64,000 nt of DNA from NCBI GenBank assembly GCA_963663865.1, contig OY760686.1, positions 2,464,001 through 2,528,000 of the forward strand, written 5' to 3'. The stretch comes from Spirochaetota bacterium. Its GTDB lineage: Bacteria; Spirochaetota; UBA4802; UBA5550. Below the pieces are notes generated by a model. The model searched no databases and was not told the origin of the DNA. It saw nothing but the letters and a program-made list of their open reading frames with translations. How positions within the stretch are numbered: position 1 is the stretch's first letter; each line of letters begins with the position of its first letter. Shown here in pieces: positions 1 to 9,404 of this stretch. The translations under genes and the position numbers were made by a program.

Positions 1-397
1 CTCTGGGTTTACCCATCTCCTCTTTTTCCTGAAAACCTGCATTCACTACAAAAGAAGGAATTTTTGCTTCTTCTCCCAGCTGAATTATAGTTGATCCCTG
101 CATCTTGAAGTTCTGAAATACCAGAACACTCGGCTTATCCTTTTCGATGCACTCCTTCACCTGTTCGACCATTCTAACATGGTTGCCATTCGCATAATAG
201 GCCTTTAGCTCCATTCCGAGATCCTCACAGGCAAAGCGCATAAATTCTACAAATTGCCCCCAGAAAAGGTCATCCTCTGTTCTTGGTGCAAAAAATGCCA
301 CCTTTAGCTTGCCGTCGGCAGCGCTCAATGTATCTCGAAGTGGAATGATTGATAATAACAATAATGCCGCAATCACTGCCTTAAACCTGATTTTCAC
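1..397 (-). CDS. Periplasmic sugar-binding protein, type I PBP fold (partial; 3' end outside window)
   Basis: Not in the ORF track; translated by hand from GTG at 397 with SD GAGGTGG: MKIRFKAVIAALLLLSII (signal peptide)...KVAFFAPRTEDDLFWGQFVEFMRFACEDLGMELK..., a typical PBP1 N-terminus. Confidence 0.75.
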   Translation of the reverse strand, partial: MKIRFKAVIAALLLLSIIPLRDTLSAADGKLKVAFFAPRTEDDLFWGQFVEFMRFACEDLGMELKAYYANGNHVRMVEQVKECIEKDKPSVLVFQNFKMQGSTIIQLGEEAKIPSFVVNAGFQEKEEMGKPR

Positions 398-720
398 CTA
401 TCCACCTCTTAAAACTCGCAAATTTTGCTTAATGATTTTATATGTGACTTTTGCTGTCTATTAAAATTATTACAAGTAATTAATGAAATATTTCCAATAA
501 ATTGTCAGGCTCGTGTTCAGATGCAAAATTCAAAACAGTCCGCCTATCAATCAATTCCACCATACAGGGCTATTGCGGAAATGTCAAATACGGCTAATAA
601 ACACATGCGTTGTAAATATATTTTTATTGTTAAAATAATTATCGACATATTACAAGTGTAAAATGAACCGGAGGATAAATTTTTTTGATTTGTGGCGGGA
701 ATTGTAACTATTAATAAACA

Positions 721-755
721 TTTCAGGAGAAAGGCAAAAAGCCTCTCCCCTGAAA
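721..755 (-). terminator. Probable intrinsic terminator after glk
   Basis: Inverted repeat TTTCAGG...CCTGAAA with inner AGGC/GCCT stem, 10 bp past the stop, followed by a T-rich tract on the minus strand. Confidence 0.5.
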
Positions 756-764
756 CGAAATACA

Positions 765-1850
765 CTAAATGAGATTGACTGCCGCGTTAGCCGCTCCGTA
801 AAGAGAAACTGAATAATCCCTGATTATGTAAACAGGAATATCTTTCAGTATAGCAGAAATGTTCTCTTTGTAATTGTTCTCAAACTGGGCCATGAAAAGA
901 TTGTCTCTGAGTATCATCTCTTCATTTTTTGCAGAAATCCCGCCTGCGATAAAAACGCCTCCGGCGGGAAGCATGATTGTACTGAGACTTCCAGCGAAAT
1001 TTCCGAGCATCTTAACGAAAGTTTCCATCATCTTTTTACAGTCTTCATTTACAAAGCTATATTTTGAGATGAGGGCAGGCTTCTCGTCATCGCTCGCCGC
1101 CTCAATTTCATTAATAACATCATCAAAAACAATATTCTTTTTGTCGCGGAAAAATCTGTAAATATTGAGTATTCCCTGCCCCGAAACAAAAGGCTCAACA
1201 CCCGGCTTGACGTCTATCTTTGAATAGATATAATCTTTGAGTTCCCACGTTACAGAATCAAAAGCGGCGAAATCGGAGTGTCCTCCTTCAGACGAAAAAG
1301 GAATGTATTTGCCTTCTTTTGTCGGAACAAGATAACCAACTCCAAGCCCCGTTCCCGGGCCAATTACAAGTTTTACCCCGTTCTTCGCCTGTGGAATTGT
1401 TCCGTCGCAGTGTGGAATTTTAAGCAATTTCGCCGGATTCTCTGTGTCAAGAATCGGAATAGCGTAGCTGATCGCAAGAAAATCGTTTATGACCTCTGTA
1501 GGTACACCGATCTCCTCGCTGATATGCTTTCCGTTTATTTCCCATGCCAGATTAGTCAGCTTGCAGCTGTTATTTGAAACAGGGCCAGCCGCGCTGATGC
1601 AGCACATATCCGGTTTTAGCCTTTTATCTTTCTGCTCAGCTAATGAAATGAGCTTGTTAATCGGCTGTATAACTCCGTCTACATCTTTGGACTTCCAGTG
1701 AGCCTCAACGATCATTGTGAATTTTCCGTTCTTTTCACCTACGATTGCAAGGTTAGTATTAGTTCCTCCGATGTCTCCGGCAAGAATAATCCTGCTCTGG
1801 TCAAAGTCTTCACTCTGCCATTCCACTTTCATGCTCTTTGCCTCCATCAT
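765..1850 (-). CDS. glk: Glucokinase (Glk family)
   Basis: LAGDIGGTNT phosphate-1 motif, INDF, GPGTGLG, SEGGH, GGVFIAGGI. Confidence 0.93.
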   Translation of the reverse strand: MMEAKSMKVEWQSEDFDQSRIILAGDIGGTNTNLAIVGEKNGKFTMIVEAHWKSKDVDGVIQPINKLISLAEQKDKRLKPDMCCISAAGPVSNNSCKLTNLAWEINGKHISEEIGVPTEVINDFLAISYAIPILDTENPAKLLKIPHCDGTIPQAKNGVKLVIGPGTGLGVGYLVPTKEGKYIPFSSEGGHSDFAAFDSVTWELKDYIYSKIDVKPGVEPFVSGQGILNIYRFFRDKKNIVFDDVINEIEAASDDEKPALISKYSFVNEDCKKMMETFVKMLGNFAGSLSTIMLPAGGVFIAGGISAKNEEMILRDNLFMAQFENNYKENISAILKDIPVYIIRDYSVSLYGAANAAVNLI

Positions 1851-1855
1851 AATAA

Positions 1856-3139
1856 TTACTTCTCGTCAGCTGACGCGCCTTTAAACGCGAAGAATGTTAT
1901 ATATACGTAGCATACAAGAGGAACAATTAAAGAAAACTGTATGCTTTTCATGTCGGCAATTCCAGCCTGAATGAGAGGTATAAGAGCTCCGCCAACGATA
2001 GCCATGTTTAGAAGGGCTGATCCCTGGCTTGTTTTGCTGCCAAGTCCCGCAATTGAAAGGCTGAAAATGGTCGGGAACATTACCGAGTTAAACAGTCCTA
2101 CAAGAAGGATAGCAACCATAGCAACGTGTCCAGTTGCAGTCATTGACACAACAACCATAGCTACTGCAGCCAGACCGCAAACCGCGAGTACTTTCTTTGC
2201 ATCAATCTTCTGCATGATAACTGAACCGATGAATCGGCCAGCCATAGCGCCGCCCCAGTAATATGCAACAAACTTACCGGCCTGCTCCATGCTGTATGTG
2301 AGTCCAAGCTCTTTTCCTGCGATAAAGTTTACAAGAAGCGTACCGATTGCCACTTCAGCTCCAACATAGAAGAATATACCGAAAACTCCAAGCATGAGAT
2401 GCTTATACTGCCATATCTTCTTTCCACTATCTTTTGTCTTTGTTTCTGCAGCGTCTGTACCAACTATTTCAGGGAGCTTAATAAGCGCGAAGAAAAGGGC
2501 AATCACGAACAGCAGAACAGCAAGAACAATATAGGGCCCCTGTACGGCGTTAGCGGCCTGCATGTTATACGCTTCCTTCTCAAGGGCGCTCATCATCTTT
2601 ACCTGTTCAGGGCTCTGAATAGCTGAAGAAAGGATAAACACTGATCCAAGATAAGGAGCCACAGTCGTTCCAAGTGAATTAAGAGCCTGTGTAAGGTTAA
2701 GTCTGCTTGATGCAGTTTCGGGCTTTCCCAACACCGTAACATATGGATTAGCGGCTACCTGAAGAACGGTGATTCCGGAAGCCATTACGAAGAGCGCTCC
2801 AAGAAAAATCCAGTACTGTTGAATAGTCGCTGCCGGGTAGAAGAGCAGACATCCTACTCCAGCAATTGCAAGACCAACAACGATACCCTTTCTGTAACCA
2901 AGCTTCTTTACTATTACTCCCGAAGGAAGCGACATGATAAAAAATGCCATAAAGAAGCAGACCTGTATGAGCATGGCCTGTGTTTTGTTTAGCTCAAATA
3001 CTCCCTGAAGATGCGGATAGAGTATTCCGTTAAGTGATGTGAGAAGCCCCCACATGAAGAAAAGCGATGTAAGGATTATAAGTTCCTTAGCATAACCTTT
3101 CCCGCCGGCATTGCCGGAACCGCTTACTGCGTTAGACAT
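1856..3139 (-). CDS. gluP: MFS sugar:H+ symporter, FucP/GluP family
   Basis: LFFMWG, LQVAANPYV, RLNLTQALNSLG, YVGAEV, NSVMFPTIF, MAIVGGA; about 12 TM segments. Confidence 0.9.
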   Translation of the reverse strand: MSNAVSGSGNAGGKGYAKELIILTSLFFMWGLLTSLNGILYPHLQGVFELNKTQAMLIQVCFFMAFFIMSLPSGVIVKKLGYRKGIVVGLAIAGVGCLLFYPAATIQQYWIFLGALFVMASGITVLQVAANPYVTVLGKPETASSRLNLTQALNSLGTTVAPYLGSVFILSSAIQSPEQVKMMSALEKEAYNMQAANAVQGPYIVLAVLLFVIALFFALIKLPEIVGTDAAETKTKDSGKKIWQYKHLMLGVFGIFFYVGAEVAIGTLLVNFIAGKELGLTYSMEQAGKFVAYYWGGAMAGRFIGSVIMQKIDAKKVLAVCGLAAVAMVVVSMTATGHVAMVAILLVGLFNSVMFPTIFSLSIAGLGSKTSQGSALLNMAIVGGALIPLIQAGIADMKSIQFSLIVPLVCYVYITFFAFKGASADEK

Positions 3140-3576
3140 TTCGTCCTCCTGGTTTTGTGTCTTTTGTATTTCTATGTACAGCCGGCAATAGTTCCTTAGT
3201 TATAAATAGCTCTTATGCATCATTAACAGCGACAAGATGACATAATGCCCTTTGTATAAAAAAAACTACTTATAATAAAATGAAAAAATTACCGGGACTA
3301 TCTTATTATAGTTAATCTAAAATCGCGCTTAAAAAATCAATAATAATTCATTATTAATTAGAAAAGTTTTAAAGATTTGTCTTGTTGATTATCTCATTTT
3401 TTATGTGAGTATTCTGAAAATATCAATAAATATTTGCCTTGAGCAGTACATGGGCTGAAAGAAAGCGTCTCTGCGATTTGATAACACAAAAAGCCATCAG
3501 GCCTGTTGAGGCATAACCTGACACTTTGACCTGCTGATTTCAATGAAAGAAGTATAAGCGGACGCATATTGACTAC

Positions 3577-3612
3577 AAAAAAAGCCCGGGAGATATAATA
3601 CCGCCCGGGCCT
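3577..3612 (-). terminator. Intrinsic terminator after the porin gene
   Basis: GCCCGGG stem-loop followed by a T7 tract on the minus strand. Confidence 0.75.
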
Positions 3613-3650
3613 TAAAATTTCGTTTTATAAACTTTTTAAACTACACAGAA

Positions 3651-4817
3651 TTAGAACTTGTACTCAACACGTACACGGTAACTTGAAGTTTCGTTTTCCT
3701 GTTGTGACAATGTAGCAGTCTTAACATCTCCAGTCATTAAACCATAAACGAATTTAACGGAAAGACCGTCAACCGGTGTAAAATACTTGATGAAGCCATA
3801 AGGCTGAGTGTGACCAAGCTCGTTATTACCGTTGACAGACTCTTTGTATGTGTAGTGGTAACCACCGCCAAGGCTGACAATCTTGAATAATTCAAGATTA
3901 AGAAATCCGCCATAGCTGTATATGTCGTAAGAAGAATCCTTGTTTTGTCCTCCGCCGCTGGTAATACCAAGATTTTCTTCATAAGTTGAAGCGGCATAGC
4001 TAACTCCAGCTGAAACGGCAATTCCATCTACTCCAGGAATCTGGAAGCTGTTAATCTTTGCGCTACCGCCATATCCCATCAATTTTTTCTTGAGATCCTC
4101 TGTGTCTTCGCGTAAAGGATCAATCATGTAATACTCCATTCCGCCTGTGAGCTGAACAAACTCCCATTTGAAATCAAGAACAGGACGCACTCCATACATG
4201 TTATCCGAGTTCGCTCCAGAAATACCGAAAACAGAAGCAACTTCAAGAGTAAGCATATCAGCATTTCCCATTGAGCCAAGAGGTTTTACATGGATCGCTG
4301 CCTGGCCGTTTCTATCGAAGTGACCTCTTGTAGCGTCGAGCTCATATATAACCGGAGTACCATTGTATCCAAAAAAAGCACCCTTTCTCTCGTCTGTGTA
4401 CTGTTCAAGACCTTCGCCCTTGGAGTAAACCTCAAGTCCCTGAAATCTTCCTACTCTGACATCCCAGAGATTTTTCATTCCGAACTCAACATATGAGTCA
4501 AGAGGAATAACACCGAGGTTCTCTGTGTCTGTACTGGCAGAGTCAACGTTTGAGTTAACAGCCATCTCTGCTCTTGCCTTGCCGTAAAAACCATTCATTT
4601 CCTTTTCATATTCCATAGCGAAAACAAAACGTCCAGCCTGATATGTTTTTTCTCGATTAGGAGCGACAGTTGTATTTTCGTTATCAGTTGTCATGAAACC
4701 CATATCTGACCAAAAATAACCTGAATATTTGAACGGATCGTCGTTCTTTGTCTCCTGAGCAAAAACCATCGCAGGAAGAAGCAGCATTGCTGCAAGTAAA
4801 GCATACATCTTTTTCAT
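3651..4817 (-). CDS. Putative outer-membrane beta-barrel (carbohydrate porin-like)
   Basis: Signal peptide MKKMYALLAAMLLLPAMVFA (ATG 4817, SD GGAG); amphipathic aromatic beta-strands; C-terminal RVRVEYKF BAM-type signal; located in a sugar operon. Confidence 0.7.
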   Translation of the reverse strand: MKKMYALLAAMLLLPAMVFAQETKNDDPFKYSGYFWSDMGFMTTDNENTTVAPNREKTYQAGRFVFAMEYEKEMNGFYGKARAEMAVNSNVDSASTDTENLGVIPLDSYVEFGMKNLWDVRVGRFQGLEVYSKGEGLEQYTDERKGAFFGYNGTPVIYELDATRGHFDRNGQAAIHVKPLGSMGNADMLTLEVASVFGISGANSDNMYGVRPVLDFKWEFVQLTGGMEYYMIDPLREDTEDLKKKLMGYGGSAKINSFQIPGVDGIAVSAGVSYAASTYEENLGITSGGGQNKDSSYDIYSYGGFLNLELFKIVSLGGGYHYTYKESVNGNNELGHTQPYGFIKYFTPVDGLSVKFVYGLMTGDVKTATLSQQENETSSYRVRVEYKF

Positions 4818-4843
4818 GTTCTTCTCCATTTTGTTAAAGTATG

Positions 4844-4863
4844 CCGGCGGCAATTGCCGCCGG
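4844..4863. repeat. Perfect 20-bp palindrome between the GH3 and porin genes
   Basis: CCGGCGGCAATTGCCGCCGG. Confidence 0.8.
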
Positions 4864-4886
4864 TTTTTATTGAAATACCAATATAA

Positions 4887-7487
4887 TTACTCGACTACAG
4901 AAGCAGCTGCATCAGTTTCGTCAGATGTTTCTGTATAATCGAAATTAATTGTATCTGTAAGTCTGTTTTGAGCAGAAGGATCAGCGCTGTCTGCAACGAT
5001 CAGAGAATAATCTATATCTTCAAAGACCATCTTCTCAGAGGCTTCATCGTAGTACTTCAATTCATCCGGATTGATATAAATTGTTGCAGTTTCAGTTGCT
5101 CCAGCTGCTATTTGAACCCTGTCGAATCCGAACAGCTGTTTCTCCGGCCTTCCATAAGTGTCATCTACCTGAGTCTGCTCAAAACCTATAAATGCCATAA
5201 CAGATTCAGCGGCGTCATAAGACCCATTGTTGGTCACCTGGACCGTGACTTTCGCCATCTGACTTCCACCTGTTTCTGTGGCATCAAGCTCGACCACGCG
5301 TCCATCCACATATCTGGCATTTACCATCTCAACGTTAAGCCCGCTATATGTATAAGTATTGTAACTGAGTCCGTATCCAAACCAGTACCTCGGTTCTTTG
5401 TCAGTTGTGGTCGGCAAATCCTTGTCAAACCATCTGTAGCCATGATAGTACCCGTATTCGTACTCAGTTGTATCGCGGCTTGTAGGATAATTGGGAAGCT
5501 GCTCCTGAGTCTTCGGCCATGTAATCGGCGTTTTACCGGAGAAGCTGACCGCTTTGGGATAATCGTCCTGAGGTACCTCGGACCATAGATTGAGTTCAAG
5601 TATTTCGCCGAATACCAGCTCTGCAATCGCCTGTCCGCCGCACATTCCGCCATACCAGGCCTGAATGATTACATCGACATCTTCCATAAAATCATCAACA
5701 AGAACAGGCGAACCCGACTCGATAACTACCATGATCTTAAGATCAGTGTTTGTTTCTTTAGCGTCAATGGCAGCCTGGATATTCCCAAGGTCCCTGTCTT
5801 TCAAAGCAAGACTGCTCCTGTCCATAGCCTCGCCCTCTTCGCCTGAATTGGGAAGGGGAACTCCTCCACCAGTCTCAATTGCAGAAAGGTTGGCCGGGAT
5901 GTATGAACAAACTACAACCGCCCACGAGGCTGTCTGAAGCGCAGTCAACGCAAGGTTGTCTGGCAAACTGGGATCATTGACTGCCACATAGGCGTTGTAA
6001 TGATCAGGATCAATTTCACCTGTAAAGTAACTCACCTTCTGATCTCCAAGAAAAGCTCTGAAACCCTGATATGGAGTAATATCCAAAGAGGCTCCCGGCG
6101 CTGATGAAATGCAGTTACTGCTTCCGATGTCTCCCTGCCTCGCAACATTAGCATACTGCCCCAGAAGCACAACCTTGTTTGTTGTAGATATTGTATTGTC
6201 TTCCTTGTCAAGAGGCAGGTATGTACCCTCTGCCGTCCCCAGGCTGTTCACGGTTCTGTCGCCGTCTTTAAGAAGAACCATACCCTCTCTTGCAGCCTCA
6301 AGGGCGAGCTGTATGGCCTCTTCAGTCTGAAGGGCTTTTGAGCTCTGATAGGCATGATACGAGTCCTCCTGGCCAATAGTGTATGTAATGCTGAAATCTC
6401 TTCCATAGTCAAGCATTCCATATTGACTTTTTCTGTAAAGAATTCTGACAACAATCGGCTTCAGGTCATCTTCAGCAACATCTCCAGCCTGTACAGCGCT
6501 TAGAAGCTGCGGACCGTAAAAAGGCTCAGCATTAGCTACCCCGGAACTGAATGGCATCTCAACTCCCATCCAGGCTTCCACAGACTCAGCAGTATTTCGC
6601 GATATCGCGTACCAGTCTGTAATGGTGTATCCTTTAAATGCCCACTCTTCAAACAGAATCTCCCTCAGGAGATTGTAATTCTGAGAACAGTACTTGCCGT
6701 TTACAAGGTTATAGGCCGTCATAAAGGCTGATACGTCCGCCTTGTCTATGGACTTCTTGAAGTGAGGCAGATAGACCTCCCTCATGGTACGCTGGTCGAT
6801 AACAGCATTGATCTGCCTTCTGCTGTTCTCTATGCTGTTTACAGCATAGTGCTTAATCAGGGCCTGCACCTGATAAGAACGGTTACCATCGATATCGTAA
6901 TATTTATTATCGCCCTTGGTGTCGACTTCCTCAGTCTTACCGGACTCCTGAACACCTGCAACGAAGGCAGCCCCCATCTCGCCGAGCAAATGAGTATCCT
7001 CACCGTATGTCTCCTGACAGCGTCCCCATCTCGGGTCAACTACCTGATTGATACATGGAGCCAAAAGAACGTAATTCCCAAGCCCTCTTGTCTCATCGCC
7101 GGCAATTTCTCCGATTTTACGCTCAAGCTCGACATCAAAAGTCGAGGCGCGGTTAATCGAAACAGGAAAAACCGTAGTGTACTTAAATTTTTCCTCATTT
7201 GTCATCGCCTTTGCGCCCCTCGGCCCGTCGCAGTACACCATGCTCGGTATATTCAACCTGTCATTGTATATCTGCGTCATCATCGAGATTACAGTAGCCT
7301 GCATCGGCCCACCGCTCATCTGGTTGACCTTCTCCTCGAGGGTCATCTCGCTGTAGAGTCTTTCCGCTCGATCCCAGTGATAATCATCCTCATTTGGAAC
7401 ATACTTGCTATCCATGCAAGCAACAAACGCGAATGAGGCAAGAAACACCACTAACGCGCCCTTAAGAATCTTATGTATTTTAAACAT
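4887..7487 (-). CDS. GH3 beta-glucosidase-family lipoprotein with C-terminal Fn3-like domain
   Basis: Lipobox FAFVAC; MTLEEKV, DGPRG, WGRCQETYGED, IKHY, ITDW (nucleophile Asp), FGYGLSY. Confidence 0.92.
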   Translation of the reverse strand: MFKIHKILKGALVVFLASFAFVACMDSKYVPNEDDYHWDRAERLYSEMTLEEKVNQMSGGPMQATVISMMTQIYNDRLNIPSMVYCDGPRGAKAMTNEEKFKYTTVFPVSINRASTFDVELERKIGEIAGDETRGLGNYVLLAPCINQVVDPRWGRCQETYGEDTHLLGEMGAAFVAGVQESGKTEEVDTKGDNKYYDIDGNRSYQVQALIKHYAVNSIENSRRQINAVIDQRTMREVYLPHFKKSIDKADVSAFMTAYNLVNGKYCSQNYNLLREILFEEWAFKGYTITDWYAISRNTAESVEAWMGVEMPFSSGVANAEPFYGPQLLSAVQAGDVAEDDLKPIVVRILYRKSQYGMLDYGRDFSITYTIGQEDSYHAYQSSKALQTEEAIQLALEAAREGMVLLKDGDRTVNSLGTAEGTYLPLDKEDNTISTTNKVVLLGQYANVARQGDIGSSNCISSAPGASLDITPYQGFRAFLGDQKVSYFTGEIDPDHYNAYVAVNDPSLPDNLALTALQTASWAVVVCSYIPANLSAIETGGGVPLPNSGEEGEAMDRSSLALKDRDLGNIQAAIDAKETNTDLKIMVVIESGSPVLVDDFMEDVDVIIQAWYGGMCGGQAIAELVFGEILELNLWSEVPQDDYPKAVSFSGKTPITWPKTQEQLPNYPTSRDTTEYEYGYYHGYRWFDKDLPTTTDKEPRYWFGYGLSYNTYTYSGLNVEMVNARYVDGRVVELDATETGGSQMAKVTVQVTNNGSYDAAESVMAFIGFEQTQVDDTYGRPEKQLFGFDRVQIAAGATETATIYINPDELKYYDEASEKMVFEDIDYSLIVADSADPSAQNRLTDTINFDYTETSDETDAAASVVE

Positions 7488-7568
7488 AAAACCCTCCTCC
7501 TAATTATTTATTCTTTTTACGAATTGATTGCGCCGCTGTAAAACGGACGTAATTTACGCAAATACATT

Positions 7569-7616
7569 CCGGCATAGTCTAATCGACAAGCGCTAAGCGT
7601 CAATCATTTTTGCCGG
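7569..7616 (-). promoter_or_regulatory. Candidate sigma70 promoter embedded in an inverted repeat upstream of GH3
   Basis: Minus strand TTGACG-16bp-TAGACT inside the CCGGCA...TGCCGG inverted repeat with a central AGCGCT. Confidence 0.4.
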
Positions 7617-7781
7617 CCTGTTTCCCAAATTAATATATGCTTCTTATATATGTATAACACCAAATCATTAAAATTGCATAACCAACAAGTCACTGCATGG
7701 GGGGCAACGTCCTCACATAACCCGGTAACGTACAAAGCTTAAAAACATAAAAAACGAGCTTTGCACTATATTGCCGGAACC

Positions 7782-9011
7782 CTATTGCGCGACCGCCTCC
7801 TTCTCCAATTCATCTCCCGCCGGAAAAGCAGAGTACTCAACTTCTGCCGAGCTCTTTCTGAAATCCTTGGGCGTCATATTTCTCATCTTCGCGAAAGCTC
7901 TGTTAAAGGTGCTCAGGTTCTCAAACCCTACCGAATAGGCTATCTCGAGAACGCTTCTGTCCGTTGCGGAAAGCCTCTCGGCGGCCTCGTCCACTCGCAG
8001 GCGGTTGACGCAGTCGTTTATCTTCTCTCCGAAGTAGAGCTTGAAGTACCGTCCAAAGTTGTCGGGGTTCATGCCAATCATGCGCGCCAGCCCCTCTCTT
8101 GATATCGTACGGTTGAAGTTGGCCTCTATGTAGCTCTTCGCCTTTTTCAGCTTTATCTCAACTGAAGGCGAGATCTGGGACTGGAGCCCGACGGCTGCCG
8201 CCTGCGCCGCCCTGAGGGCAAACCGCTTTCTCAAACGCGCAACAGCCCAGAAGGCAGCGGCGGCAGAAAGCACATAAAGAACACTTGCAAACACGCGGGC
8301 CGCGGCCTGTCTGCCGGCATTGCTTCTGTCATTAAACACGACTGAAACCGTACCGCCGACATGGCCGCTGAAGCTGAAAGGCTCCTGAAAGCTCATCCTG
8401 ACACGCCCCCCAGGGCGCCCTTTGAAGCTAAAAAAAACGTCGCTGCCTCTATATACGGCAAGCTCTTCGATATCTTCATTTTCAATAAAGCGTCTCATGC
8501 GCTCTTCGGCGTCAGATGCGTCCGGGCTTCCGCCTTCCAGCGCCGAGGCCATGAGCCGCGTGACGCGTTCGGCCCTTCTCCACTGAGCGAAGTCGGAAAA
8601 TACTATAGACACAGTTCCTACGATGTGCCCGCCGGACTCAAGCTCTGCCCTCCGGAAAGCCTCCCTCATTCCCGAAATTCTCCTGGAATGACTAAAGACA
8701 ACATTCCCTTCGGCGTCTCTGACAACGGCCTCCTGCACATCAGTATCCTGAAGAACAGTCGCCATGTTCTTTTCCACAACACCCACTGCGCCAGCGGCAA
8801 GATGAGAGGCGTTATTCTCTGCCGCAAACTCTGTGAGACGATCCATCTTGCCCTGAGACGGAAGGCCGGAGCCGTCAGCGGACGTATCTACTATCAGCGC
8901 AAAGGCAAAAAATATAGCAGAAATTGCAAAAAGCGCTATAACCGCCGGACCAAAAACAGGCCTGATAATTCTTTTAAAATTTTGAATTGCCACATTTATC
9001 ACATTAATCAT
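7782..9011 (-). CDS. Membrane-anchored AraC-family regulator (TM - periplasmic sensor - TM - AraC HTH)
   Basis: Two TM segments; C-terminal SREGLARMIGMN...RLRVDEAAERL...SVLEIAYSVGFENLSTFNRAF; start ATG 9011 (ORF track begins 9053). Confidence 0.85.
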   Translation of the reverse strand: MINVINVAIQNFKRIIRPVFGPAVIALFAISAIFFAFALIVDTSADGSGLPSQGKMDRLTEFAAENNASHLAAGAVGVVEKNMATVLQDTDVQEAVVRDAEGNVVFSHSRRISGMREAFRRAELESGGHIVGTVSIVFSDFAQWRRAERVTRLMASALEGGSPDASDAEERMRRFIENEDIEELAVYRGSDVFFSFKGRPGGRVRMSFQEPFSFSGHVGGTVSVVFNDRSNAGRQAAARVFASVLYVLSAAAAFWAVARLRKRFALRAAQAAAVGLQSQISPSVEIKLKKAKSYIEANFNRTISREGLARMIGMNPDNFGRYFKLYFGEKINDCVNRLRVDEAAERLSATDRSVLEIAYSVGFENLSTFNRAFAKMRNMTPKDFRKSSAEVEYSAFPAGDELEKEAVAQ

Positions 9012-9404
9012 AATAATACCGCTTCCGCCTCCTTGCAAGCATTTAATTGGCAAACAATGGAGTTTAGTTATATTTGATATTTATATATGCATATAAACTT
9101 TTGATAATGTAATATCCTCCTTTGGTCCCTCAACCTTTTAAGGCAGCATTCATGCCAATCTGTATGAGCATTTTTCTTGAAAAAAATGACAATAAAAAAC
9201 AAAGTGGGTCAAAAAAATTTCCATTGCTCTGTATTAAGCAGCCTCAAACACAATTGCTCTTTTATGAAACCTTGCGGACTTATGTCTTTATAAAGGCATT
9301 TTCTCATAGACAGCAGCTGTGTTCATTTGGAGATTATCATTATCAGTTTTAACTTTTCATCTCGAAGATCAGTTAATCTTAACTCTATAAAGACAAGCGG
9401 TCAC

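Noticed and set aside
425-765. Short ORFs 425-661 and 547-765
   Set aside because: AT-rich intergenic and terminator region; no SD or protein-like features
7560-7630. c-di-GMP-I riboswitch or BglG RAT element in the GH3 leader
   Set aside because: Only GGCAAA/GACGC fragments; no GNRA/receptor, second hairpin or RAT consensus
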